A stretch of 45,902 nucleotides of DNA from positions 1-45,902 of IMG/VR virus record IMGVR_UViG_3300041402_000369. One strand, 5' to 3'. This document shows, piece by piece, positions 37,911 to 45,902 of the stretch. Position numbers and translations under genes: made by a program. This stretch comes from a virus. Its lineage: Duplodnaviria; Caudoviricetes. The notes beneath the pieces are model-generated. The model was not told the origin of the DNA. It made no database searches and was given only the letters and a program-made list of their open reading frames with translations. Position 1 is the first letter of the stretch. Each line of letters begins with the position of its first letter.

Positions 37911-38648
37911 TTATGTCTCGAATGAGGCGATATCAACGGTCTGTTCCGTAAATATGCCGATTTTTGCCAGTGCGTCTGAAACGGTGTCGCCGTTCAGAAG
38001 TACGGTTGCCAGGGTGCTTGATCCGTCGTCGAATACAATCATGTCAGAGGCAACGGTAACACAGCCACCAATCAACATGGTCTGATCGGTAATGTCAGCG
38101 GCTACCAGTGCGGCGGCGGTGACGCTATCAATCATCAAGATACCGGCAGGAACTTCAACACCACCAACGCCATCAACTTCCCACGGAACCCAGTTGCCAT
38201 CTGCGACAACGGTGATGGTGAAGACATAACCGAGAGAGAAATCGGTTGTGCCATCGGTGACAGTGAAGGTCATACCGCCAGCCTTGAAAATAGTGGCTAG
38301 ACCTGCGCCTTCGTTCATTGTAAGTTGGGTCGCTACAACATTACCAAGCGGATCGGTAAGGCTCCAGATGCTGCCGTGGGTAACGGCCAAGGTGCTGGTC
38401 AACAGCCAAGCTCCTGCAATCGGAGTACCGCCAGCAATCGCGGCGACTGCGGTGCAAGTACCGTTACCGGTTCCAACTCCAACGCCGGTAGTAGGTACGG
38501 TTGCGGGGACTTTCGCCATGAGGGTGAATTCCGCCAGAACTGCTGAACGGCCTGCATCCTGCGAAAGTGTCAACCCATTTCTGACATATGAAGGGCCAGA
38601 AAGGAGAAACGGATTATTATTAAGGTCTTGCTCTGCCTGTTGTGCCAT
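37911..38648 (-). CDS. head decoration protein (gpD-like, with insertion)
   Basis: between protease and MCP; DG..G...P.GIL. Confidence 0.7.
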   Translation of the reverse strand: MAQQAEQDLNNNPFLLSGPSYVRNGLTLSQDAGRSAVLAEFTLMAKVPATVPTTGVGVGTGNGTCTAVAAIAGGTPIAGAWLLTSTLAVTHGSIWSLTDPLGNVVATQLTMNEGAGLATIFKAGGMTFTVTDGTTDFSLGYVFTITVVADGNWVPWEVDGVGGVEVPAGILMIDSVTAAALVAADITDQTMLIGGCVTVASDMIVFDDGSSTLATVLLNGDTVSDALAKIGIFTEQTVDIASFET

Positions 38649-39799
38649 TACTTGTCACCTCCGATACCAAATTCTTTCTTGAACTGGGCAGACGCGGCAT
38701 CAAGATCGGCGGCGTTGTTAATCATGCCGTCTTCTGAAATCTTGGTGTCGTCATGCTGGCCGGGGGTTTCTTCGCCTTCTTCCTCGGTAGCAGTGGCGGT
38801 CGCCGTGTTTTCCAGATTCATGTCATGCATTGCCACGAAGTCGGCAAGACCTTCGGTGTCGCCTGCCATTGCCTTGGCGGTTACTCGCTCCTTGACGGTG
38901 TCCGGGTAACTGTCACTGGACAAAATCGGGAGCGCGGCGGTGAATGCAGTTTTCATCTGCTCAATGCCTTTCTTGGTTCCTGCCGTTTCCCCCTCTGCGC
39001 GGGCCGTGTCTGCGGCGGCTGTGATAGCGCCCTCATACTCGGTTTTTGCTTCGGGATTCGCGGCCAACAGTTCCTTCAAATTCATAATACTGGCCTCCTT
39101 GTTGGGTTTTCCCGCTGCGGCGGGGGGTATAATATCCGAAGTTGCCTCCGGGGTATTCACTTTTAAATCGGTAGCAGACAGGTATGCTGCGGCTCGTTTC
39201 CAATCTTCCTTAAGAGCCGATTCGTTTTCTTTCATCTTGGCGTTGATACTGGCTACTTCTTCCATTGCCAAAATAACGGCGGTATCTTTGTCGTCGCCAT
39301 CGTCCGAAACTTCAATTACTGAATCAGCGAAACCAGCCTCGACAATTTCATCACCATAATAAAAGGTTTCATCGTCCATTAATGCCTGGACATCTGAGAG
39401 AGACTTGCCTGTTTTATTGACGTATGCCTTCGCCAGAACGTCCCGCAATCCTTCAATATGCTTTGCGGCTTTGGCGAGGTCGCGGAAATCGCCCCACGCG
39501 AAAGTTGACACGTTATGGACCATGAAAACGGCGTTATCCTCGACAATCATCTCGTCAGCCATCATCGGTATATAAGAGGCCATCGAAGCGGAAAGACCGG
39601 TTACACGGGCAACGACGCGGCCTGAATAATTCCTGATCATGTTTGCCATTTCAAGGCCAGCGAACACAAGACCGCCACCAGATGCAATTTCAAGCGCAAT
39701 CTCGCCGCCATTGGCAGATTGCAATTCTTTCTCGAGAAATTCCGGGGTCGCGTTATCATCAAAACCGATAAAACCGCGTATCGTTATTTTTTTAGGCAT
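38648..39799 (-). CDS. ClpP-type prohead protease fused to scaffold
   Basis: I.S.GG.VF.G, GLSASMASYI, FMVHN, LMD.ET, GFAD; Ala/Glu-rich C-terminus. Confidence 0.9.
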   Translation of the reverse strand: MPKKITIRGFIGFDDNATPEFLEKELQSANGGEIALEIASGGGLVFAGLEMANMIRNYSGRVVARVTGLSASMASYIPMMADEMIVEDNAVFMVHNVSTFAWGDFRDLAKAAKHIEGLRDVLAKAYVNKTGKSLSDVQALMDDETFYYGDEIVEAGFADSVIEVSDDGDDKDTAVILAMEEVASINAKMKENESALKEDWKRAAAYLSATDLKVNTPEATSDIIPPAAAGKPNKEASIMNLKELLAANPEAKTEYEGAITAAADTARAEGETAGTKKGIEQMKTAFTAALPILSSDSYPDTVKERVTAKAMAGDTEGLADFVAMHDMNLENTATATATEEEGEETPGQHDDTKISEDGMINNAADLDAASAQFKKEFGIGGDK

Positions 39800-39819
39800 A
39801 ATTCCCTCATGTTCAACGC

Positions 39820-39878
39820 ATTTTTACCTATTTACAGATAAATGTCAAATATTAACCTAATTACACAACGTTAGACAA
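39820..39878 (-). promoter_or_regulatory. head-gene promoter with upstream conserved box
   Basis: TTGACA at 39848-39843, weak -10; TTGTCTAACGTTG at 39878-39866. Confidence 0.5.
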
Positions 39879-39886
39879 TGGCGTGG

Positions 39887-40402
39887 TTACCCCATCATCA
39901 TTTTATTTGTTTTATCCTTGCTGCCCTTCGAGGAACCGAAATAGTAATTATATACCTGCTGAACCAGTCCGACGACGTAACCGATAATCATTCCAAGCAG
40001 TGTTTTGTCCATACCGTCTGGCGTTCCCTTGATTAACAGGAACCCAATGAAAACGAAAAATCCTATGACCGTGGCAACAGCCATAATTTTCAGCGTGGTA
40101 TCACCGCCAAGTGCTATTTCTCGCTTTCTGGCTGAATCCCTATCTTGGGCATGCAGATCGTCTTCCTTGATGCCCAACTCTTTCATTTTAACTAAAAAGT
40201 TGTTGTCAGCTTCCTTGAGGGCTAACAACTGGTCCGGTGTGGCGTTTTTAACCGCTTCTACCATCTGCTTGTCGGTGGCGTTTTCTGGTGTCCCGAGGAT
40301 TGCCGAGATAGCCGAACTTGCCAAGCCACCGAACGGCCCACCTATCGCGGTTCCGATCATCGGGGCAACTGCCTTTATTGTTTTCTTCCAATCGAACCCC
40401 AT
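39887..40402 (-). CDS. holin-like membrane protein
   Basis: DRDSARKRE, two TMs, YYFGSSKGS. Confidence 0.75.
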   Translation of the reverse strand: MGFDWKKTIKAVAPMIGTAIGGPFGGLASSAISAILGTPENATDKQMVEAVKNATPDQLLALKEADNNFLVKMKELGIKEDDLHAQDRDSARKREIALGGDTTLKIMAVATVIGFFVFIGFLLIKGTPDGMDKTLLGMIIGYVVGLVQQVYNYYFGSSKGSKDKTNKMMMG

Positions 40403-40583
40403 TACTTAACCCTCCGGTCAATTATCACAGCACCGACCATTATTGCGGCAGTAGATACCAGAAAATAGGCGGGGCCATAATGAGCGGCCATTGCGGATAG
40501 CGTCATGCCGAAAATATAGGCAGTTGCGGAAAAAACAGTTTTCTTGTTGATGTATTTTTTAATGTCCATGATTTACCTCACTC

Positions 40584-40952
40584 CTATTTATAAGACCAAA
40601 TCCAAGGCCGAGGGGAATCCTCGAACTCATCTTCCTGTAAAGTGTCTATGTGAACAAATCTCCCGGACCCGTGCTGTTTAACCCCGATGCCGGTAAACCC
40701 CAGAGAGACGGCCAACCCTAAAATCTCCCGTGCGTCGCCACCCATGACCGCGATGTCTACGGCCCTCCCGGCTTCATGCGCCGGTCGCCCGCCTTCCTTG
40801 CGGTTGTGAGCGGGGCAGCGGTATGCAGAACTTAGGTATATCGGCTTGCCAAAATTATTCCTAAGCAAGTTCAACTTAGTCATAAACTCACTGTCCATGT
40901 CAGCAACACCACAACACGAGCACGCCAATTCTTTTTCAGAAAAGAAACTCAC
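40584..40952 (-). CDS. endolysin, peptidase M15A family
   Basis: SAYRCPAHN, H..GRAVD, FVHID. Confidence 0.9.
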   Translation of the reverse strand: MSFFSEKELACSCCGVADMDSEFMTKLNLLRNNFGKPIYLSSAYRCPAHNRKEGGRPAHEAGRAVDIAVMGGDAREILGLAVSLGFTGIGVKQHGSGRFVHIDTLQEDEFEDSPRPWIWSYK

Positions 40953-41148
40953 TAGTCACACTCCCGCATATCCATGGCCCCGTCAGTGCAAGCCATCAAT
41001 GCTTCTGTTATTCCCTCCCAGTTTACATTGGGATTATATGGGTTTAGCATTAGTTTCCCACGCTTCCTTATTTCTGCCCTCAAACCAGGCATTGACACCT
41101 CGCAACATTCGCAACCGGTGCAAGTGTGGTTGATTGTCATTTCGAGCA

Positions 41149-41487
41149 TTAAATTTTATCCGCGAAGAAATAAACAAGCCCCCCGGCCACGAAGGCACGG
41201 ATCACCCATGTTTCAATCATGTTCTGGATTTTAAGGGCTTTTTCACCGGGCTTTTTCTCAATCACCAACACTCTTTTTTCTAGCCGCTCAACAACTTCAA
41301 ATAGCCGCTTGACTGCCTCTTGGGTGTGAGCCATACCGACCAATGTTTCACCCATTCTCACTAGTAAATCTTGGGTCTTGGCCTGTCCGTCTTTGAGTTC
41401 GGCGAGTGCTTGTTTCATAAAACCCTCCCCAGCCAACAGTTGGGCGATTGATTCGCCTTTGTCGCACTGATGATCGTTGTCGCCCAT
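41149..41487 (-). CDS. coiled-coil protein with C-terminal TM (lysis-associated)
   Basis: heptad pattern and C-terminal hydrophobic segment next to the endolysin. Confidence 0.5.
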   Translation of the reverse strand: MGDNDHQCDKGESIAQLLAGEGFMKQALAELKDGQAKTQDLLVRMGETLVGMAHTQEAVKRLFEVVERLEKRVLVIEKKPGEKALKIQNMIETWVIRAFVAGGLVYFFADKI

Positions 41488-41658
41488 TATTTACCCCTTG
41501 AGGATAATGATTAAATCGTAAGCCTTCCAAGCACCAAACGGAATAAGCCAAGACAGCCAGAAACAAACGTAGAGAAATTGTTTTATGATGCCTTCTGTTA
41601 CTACCGTATAATGCTGCGGCCTGACAACTCTCAATTTTGGTATTTTGATATTCATATT

Positions 41659-43344
41659 TTACGCTCCAAATATTCGTCCTTGGGCTTTCATCTGAAAACT
41701 TGCTTGACTTGATAAAACATCTTGAACATAAATAGCTAAGTAATCATTCGTACTACCATCAAGCTCAACTACGAATTCAGCTTTGGTGAAAGTCCACCTT
41801 CCACGCAACCCATTATCCCCACCAGGCGCTCTGTCGGTGTAGGTTAGGTCAAATTGGTCAAGGGCCATGTCGCCGTTATTCTTCCAAACTGTTCCAGTCC
41901 GAAACACACCGTTGCGGTTTGCTCTTAGTATTGCACCGTTTGGAAGTTCGACTCTACTGCCAAACCTTCCGTCATCCATAGAAGATGCGCTTGTCAATGA
42001 AGTGATAATTCTTGTTATTTGCCATATCTCAGGAGGGTCGTTTGGTGGTGCTATTATAAAAACTTCAGGGGCCGCTAATGTCCCATCGACATTCATGGCA
42101 GTTGTTATTTCTTTAATTGTTGTCCCTATGGCATGAGCAGAATCTAGTCTGCGATCAATAGTTAATACAGTTCCAGCGATATTTGTTATGTGAAAATGAT
42201 AAAGCTCACCGTTAATTATTAATTGTGTGCCTGGTGCGACATCAGTCCAACTCACATCAACCGCAGCTACTTCAATGGTAAAATCATCAACAATAGAAGC
42301 AACCGCCAAGGTCGTGTCGCCAACACCTGTCAACTGCCTGAATAATTCATTTACTCCAGCCCTGTGAACCAGGGCGTTATCAACCTGTAATGCTCTCCTG
42401 AATGTGGATACGTTCTCTGGTTCGCCGTCGATTTCGCTGAAACCTGCTATGCCAGCTTTTACTGCTTCTGCATCATCATTTGACTTTAATACGCCCCCCA
42501 TCGGGTGACTGCTGGGCTTAATATAAACCGGTTTAAACATTACCTGTAAGTCAAATTCTGTTTGGGCTATTGCTCCGTTTGTGACTGTGACACGAATGAA
42601 CTGTCTTACTCCCTGAAATGACCACGCCTTATCTTCACCTGCGGCTACCGGATATGTGTCTATTTCACGCCATGTACTTGTTGGCGTTGACCGCCCTTCA
42701 ATTAAAAAAGTACATGCCTGATCTGAAAACAAGGCGACCTGTAGTGCTCCGTAATCTCGTGAGTTTTCAGCCTCACCCTGGAAAACCCCGCCTATTCCTA
42801 GAGGTGTTAGACTGGAATTCTTTGCAGAAATAAACCCATCAATGGCGCTGATCGCCCGTGATTGAACTTTAGGGACATACATCCCGCTAATAGTTACGGT
42901 GTCGGCTGTGTGAAACTCGATTGATATTTCGATGAATACATTTGTGGTAAATGAGTAGACATTGCTGGAGTGCTTTGTGTCGCTCGCGCTATCGTCAATA
43001 ACTGTTCTGACTGTCCCGGCTAGGTCTTTCAGGCTTATTTTTACATTGCTAAAATCACCAGTCTTACTACCGATGCCGATCTGGTTAGATTTTACCGGCC
43101 TGACCAGGTGGATAATTAATATCTTCGGATTATTTGCCGTTGAATCTACTATCTCAGTTTCGTAATCATTAAAAAGGGTAAGTATGTCGCCAGAAAAATC
43201 ACCGACATCAGACAGCGCACTATTGATATCCTTTGAATAAATCGAATCGCCATCAACCTGCAAAGGGAAATTAGCGGATATCGGATTTCCGTCCGTATCC
43301 TCCAGCGCAGTTTGAGCGCTGTTATTTCCGGTGATCTCTGTCAT
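41659..43344 (-). CDS. large beta-rich putative virion protein
   Basis: 561-aa acidic, beta-rich ORF after the portal; no family recognised. Confidence 0.55.
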   Translation of the reverse strand: MTEITGNNSAQTALEDTDGNPISANFPLQVDGDSIYSKDINSALSDVGDFSGDILTLFNDYETEIVDSTANNPKILIIHLVRPVKSNQIGIGSKTGDFSNVKISLKDLAGTVRTVIDDSASDTKHSSNVYSFTTNVFIEISIEFHTADTVTISGMYVPKVQSRAISAIDGFISAKNSSLTPLGIGGVFQGEAENSRDYGALQVALFSDQACTFLIEGRSTPTSTWREIDTYPVAAGEDKAWSFQGVRQFIRVTVTNGAIAQTEFDLQVMFKPVYIKPSSHPMGGVLKSNDDAEAVKAGIAGFSEIDGEPENVSTFRRALQVDNALVHRAGVNELFRQLTGVGDTTLAVASIVDDFTIEVAAVDVSWTDVAPGTQLIINGELYHFHITNIAGTVLTIDRRLDSAHAIGTTIKEITTAMNVDGTLAAPEVFIIAPPNDPPEIWQITRIITSLTSASSMDDGRFGSRVELPNGAILRANRNGVFRTGTVWKNNGDMALDQFDLTYTDRAPGGDNGLRGRWTFTKAEFVVELDGSTNDYLAIYVQDVLSSQASFQMKAQGRIFGA

Positions 43345-43617
43345 TTACAAATCGACCCTTACTGATCCGGCAACACCGACCGCCTTGACGTAAACATCAA
43401 TTTCAACGCTATGTGAAATCACATGCTGGTTGCTTTCTCCAAACAACAACGCTGCATCTGAGTCATCGGTGGGCGCTCCAGTCCCAGTTAAGCGATATGT
43501 CCGCTTGTAAACATTTGGGCTTAACGACAACTTGTCTATAGTGCCAATCTTGGTGTTTGTGGCCACCTTCACCCATGTATTCGCCGTGCATGCAACTACT
43601 ACTGGATCAGCTGCCAT
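43345..43617 (-). CDS. small putative virion protein
   Basis: GGAGG SD; beta-rich 90 aa. Confidence 0.55.
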   Translation of the reverse strand: MAADPVVVACTANTWVKVATNTKIGTIDKLSLSPNVYKRTYRLTGTGAPTDDSDAALLFGESNQHVISHSVEIDVYVKAVGVAGSVRVDL

Positions 43618-43619
43618 GA

Positions 43620-45236
43620 TTAATCCTCCTCTTTCTCTTCAATTGCTTCGGCCTGGATTGCGCCTTGCGTAAATGGTAAGATTTTATAGTTTTCAAAAAT
43701 TCTGTTGTTGATCTCAATATTGTCAACTGCGCTCATGCCGGTATGCAGCTGAGATTCGCGCTCAATATTCGTTTTACCTATTTCTAGATTATCCCTTGTT
43801 GCCTTGGCAAGTTTGCCAGGGTCAATGTCCGGTACAGGTGCGCCGCGCCATGTCGATTTGAGCCATGCGGCCCGGAGGCGAGGGTCTGACCAACCGGGAG
43901 CGGAGACACGACCGGCAGCTATTTCACCGGCGAGCCACATTTCCTCAACTGGGTTGTGATATTCTGCGTCATTGTCGGCCCGGTCAACTTCAATTACCCG
44001 GTAAGCAAGCAGCAAAGTAGCCCGGCTGGCTGAAAAACTGTTGCCGAATTTCATAAACACCATTTCAAGAGGCATCCCAGAGACTACCGACATGGCAGAC
44101 AGGAAAGCGTCTTGGAATTTATCGTAGCCGGTGCCGGGGGAGTTGGGATTGGCCAGCTTGATTTTTGCGCCCTTGGTGAGCGATTGAATAAATAGACTGC
44201 CGGGAACATTAAAAGAGGCTTCAGGAAGAGAATAACACGCCACGTCTGACACCAAAGAAGCGTCATCGTCTGCGGTGGCTTCGTTGCTGAAATTTGATCC
44301 TGCTGGGCCGACTCCTGCGGTGGTCAGATTGTTATCGAAAATCGGGATCGTGTCTTCGTCTGCGCTCGGCTCAATCCAGCCGACCGGCATAGCCTGATTA
44401 ATTGCCTGCTTGATGTGGGCAAGGGAGAAGTCGGTAAAATTCTCAAGGTCTTGGAGTATCGGAGCCAGCTTGGTATACCCGCGCCCCTGACCGGCGTATT
44501 CTGGACGGAAGCCATGAAGCATGAAGACGCGGCCTGATTTTGGGCCTTTTGCCTTGACTTCCACATCTTTATATGTGCCGTCTTTCTGCTTAACCCATAT
44601 TTTAAAGCCTGTTTCCCGGCCCCGTTCGTCACGGATGATCCCGTCTTGATTGGCTTGGAATCCGTAACTGGTCGTATAGGCATAACCCCGGACCTGATCG
44701 GCGTCAATGAATTCAAATTGCAGGGGGTTTTGCAGTGATTTATCAGGGGAATAATACAGCCTGACAAATACGTCGTTGTCGCGTTCCTTGCTCCATGCGT
44801 AGAATCGTTGGGACTGGTAGAAATTCATTATCTCGGAGCGGTGCTGCCGTTTGTCCATTGCCCAGAGGTGAAAACGGGCCGATACATCCTTGGCCCATGC
44901 GGCGGCGGCGTCTTGAGTAATTCCTAGAACTGAAATGTCTGGGGTTGGTTCAAGTTTAATGCCGGTCCCGGCGATGGCGTCAACCTTTCGCTCTACAATG
45001 GCCCGGCCTTGAGGGCTTTCCTGCATTGCCACCCGTGCGCCTTGTCTTAGTGCGTAGTGGGACAGAAATAAACCTGATCCGGGATTAGATATGGAGTTGG
45101 GCCATTTCCCGCCACTTGAGAACGAGCCGCCGAAATAGCGATCTGCCGTGCTGCCGCCGTGGAATGCTTGGGGTTGATTGTCGGCCTGTGAAGTGGGCTT
45201 GAGCCAGTTTATGATTCTATCTATAATACCGGCCAT
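43620..45236 (-). CDS. portal protein, lambda family
   Basis: LR..AR, G.GIKL, GI..D..GR, GQ.RG, SFSASRA, IDP.K. Confidence 0.92.
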   Translation of the reverse strand: MAGIIDRIINWLKPTSQADNQPQAFHGGSTADRYFGGSFSSGGKWPNSISNPGSGLFLSHYALRQGARVAMQESPQGRAIVERKVDAIAGTGIKLEPTPDISVLGITQDAAAAWAKDVSARFHLWAMDKRQHRSEIMNFYQSQRFYAWSKERDNDVFVRLYYSPDKSLQNPLQFEFIDADQVRGYAYTTSYGFQANQDGIIRDERGRETGFKIWVKQKDGTYKDVEVKAKGPKSGRVFMLHGFRPEYAGQGRGYTKLAPILQDLENFTDFSLAHIKQAINQAMPVGWIEPSADEDTIPIFDNNLTTAGVGPAGSNFSNEATADDDASLVSDVACYSLPEASFNVPGSLFIQSLTKGAKIKLANPNSPGTGYDKFQDAFLSAMSVVSGMPLEMVFMKFGNSFSASRATLLLAYRVIEVDRADNDAEYHNPVEEMWLAGEIAAGRVSAPGWSDPRLRAAWLKSTWRGAPVPDIDPGKLAKATRDNLEIGKTNIERESQLHTGMSAVDNIEINNRIFENYKILPFTQGAIQAEAIEEKEED

Positions 45237-45525
45237 TAAACTCGCCTCCGCGCCTTCGTAAATTCATATTGACATTGCTCGTGCCGTTTAACTCACGACT
45301 TAATCTGGCACGGCTTGATTTTAAGGCTTCGATTTCTTTCCTGATGGTTGCCGGGTTGCGCCGGTCTGCTCTCTGGCTACCATCTCCAGAATCGAAACGG
45401 TAGGTCTCAATCTCTGCATTACCTAGAGAGGACAGATAGGCAGCTTGGGCCGCTGTAATCTGCTCATCCAGAATAGATATTTCGGCCTTGATACCGGCTA
45501 TTTGTGAAGGTGATAAACATCCCAT
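45217..45525 (-). CDS. gpW-like head completion protein
   Basis: A.AAY...L......Y..DSG.G.Q..R; immediately upstream of the portal. Confidence 0.7.
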   Translation of the reverse strand: MGCLSPSQIAGIKAEISILDEQITAAQAAYLSSLGNAEIETYRFDSGDGSQRADRRNPATIRKEIEALKSSRARLSRELNGTSNVNMNLRRRGGEFNGRYYR

Positions 45526-45533
45526 GATTATTT

Positions 45534-45607
45534 TTATTACCCTGTTTAAAAAAAAATGTCAAAAAAATGAAAAATAATGTTGACATGCCTGTGTATTGTT
45601 GTATATT
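45534..45607. promoter_or_regulatory. back-to-back sigma70 promoters
   Basis: minus TTGACA (45562-45557)-17-TAATAA; plus TTGACA (45580)-16-TATATT. Confidence 0.65.
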
Positions 45608-45648
45608 AGTAAACAAGAGAGGGCGATACAGCCAAGGAGATTAAGACG

Positions 45649-45867
45649 ATGAAAACTTTTTATGCTGAAGCAATGGGCCGCATCTTTAAAATAAAAACAG
45701 CAACCGACTGCGCCGCAAGTGATATGGGAATGGCGATTAGGTCTATATGGGGTAATGGTGTCAAGCCGCTGAACACCAAGACACGTCCACATGGGGCCGC
45801 ATTTGTTCCTGTACCTGGGTGTATTGATGGTATGGGGAAACCGTGGGCGTGGATGGCCGAAGCATGA
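45649..45867 (+). CDS. hypothetical moron protein
   Basis: AAGGAG SD, own promoter and hairpin. Confidence 0.65.
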   Translation: MKTFYAEAMGRIFKIKTATDCAASDMGMAIRSIWGNGVKPLNTKTRPHGAAFVPVPGCIDGMGKPWAWMAEA

Positions 45868-45877
45868 TAGGCGGCGT

Positions 45878-45902
45878 GACCCCCGGTTGTTAGCCGGGGG
45901 TC
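45878..45902. terminator. GC hairpin at the window end
   Basis: GACCCCCGGTT-GTT-AGCCGGGGGTC. Confidence 0.65.

Noticed and set aside
1-45902. CRISPR array, DGR or retron
   Set aside because: No regularly spaced repeats, no reverse transcriptase motifs and no TR/VR pair seen by eye.
1-45902. Genome-wide TAG recoding
   Set aside because: Core genes are intact in the standard code and several end properly at TAG.

Overview
The window is most of a ~46+ kb tailed dsDNA phage genome (myovirus). The left half (mostly + strand) holds many small early ORFs, a YqaJ/RecT recombination pair interrupted by an RHH+HNH module, a CHC2-TOPRIM primase-helicase, a beta-class amino-DNA methyltransferase, an SF2 helicase, a VRR-NUC nuclease, an acyl carrier protein and a lipoprotein. 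The right half (- strand) holds a lambda-type head module (gpW, portal, ClpP-type protease/scaffold, decoration protein, gpE-type capsid), a lysis cassette between portal and protease, and a Mu-type contractile tail. I found no terminase, integrase or CI repressor; the terminase probably lies outside the window. The most unusual signals are: (1) a 9-mer, CCCCACAGG, repeated at the translation starts of at least 6 genes, whose antisense copy sits in a hairpin loop that can form a pseudoknot over the tail-chaperone RBS; (2) a ~127-nt tRNA-like RNA with an elongated anticodon arm and a UUA (stop-reading) loop, directly behind a gene with an apparently in-frame UAG; (3) a recurring operator-like box in several promoters, plus several leaderless transcripts; (4) a phage ACP, a stand-alone Nfu N-domain moron and a small capsid-like paralogue. 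All protein calls come from recognising motifs by eye; no database searches were run.
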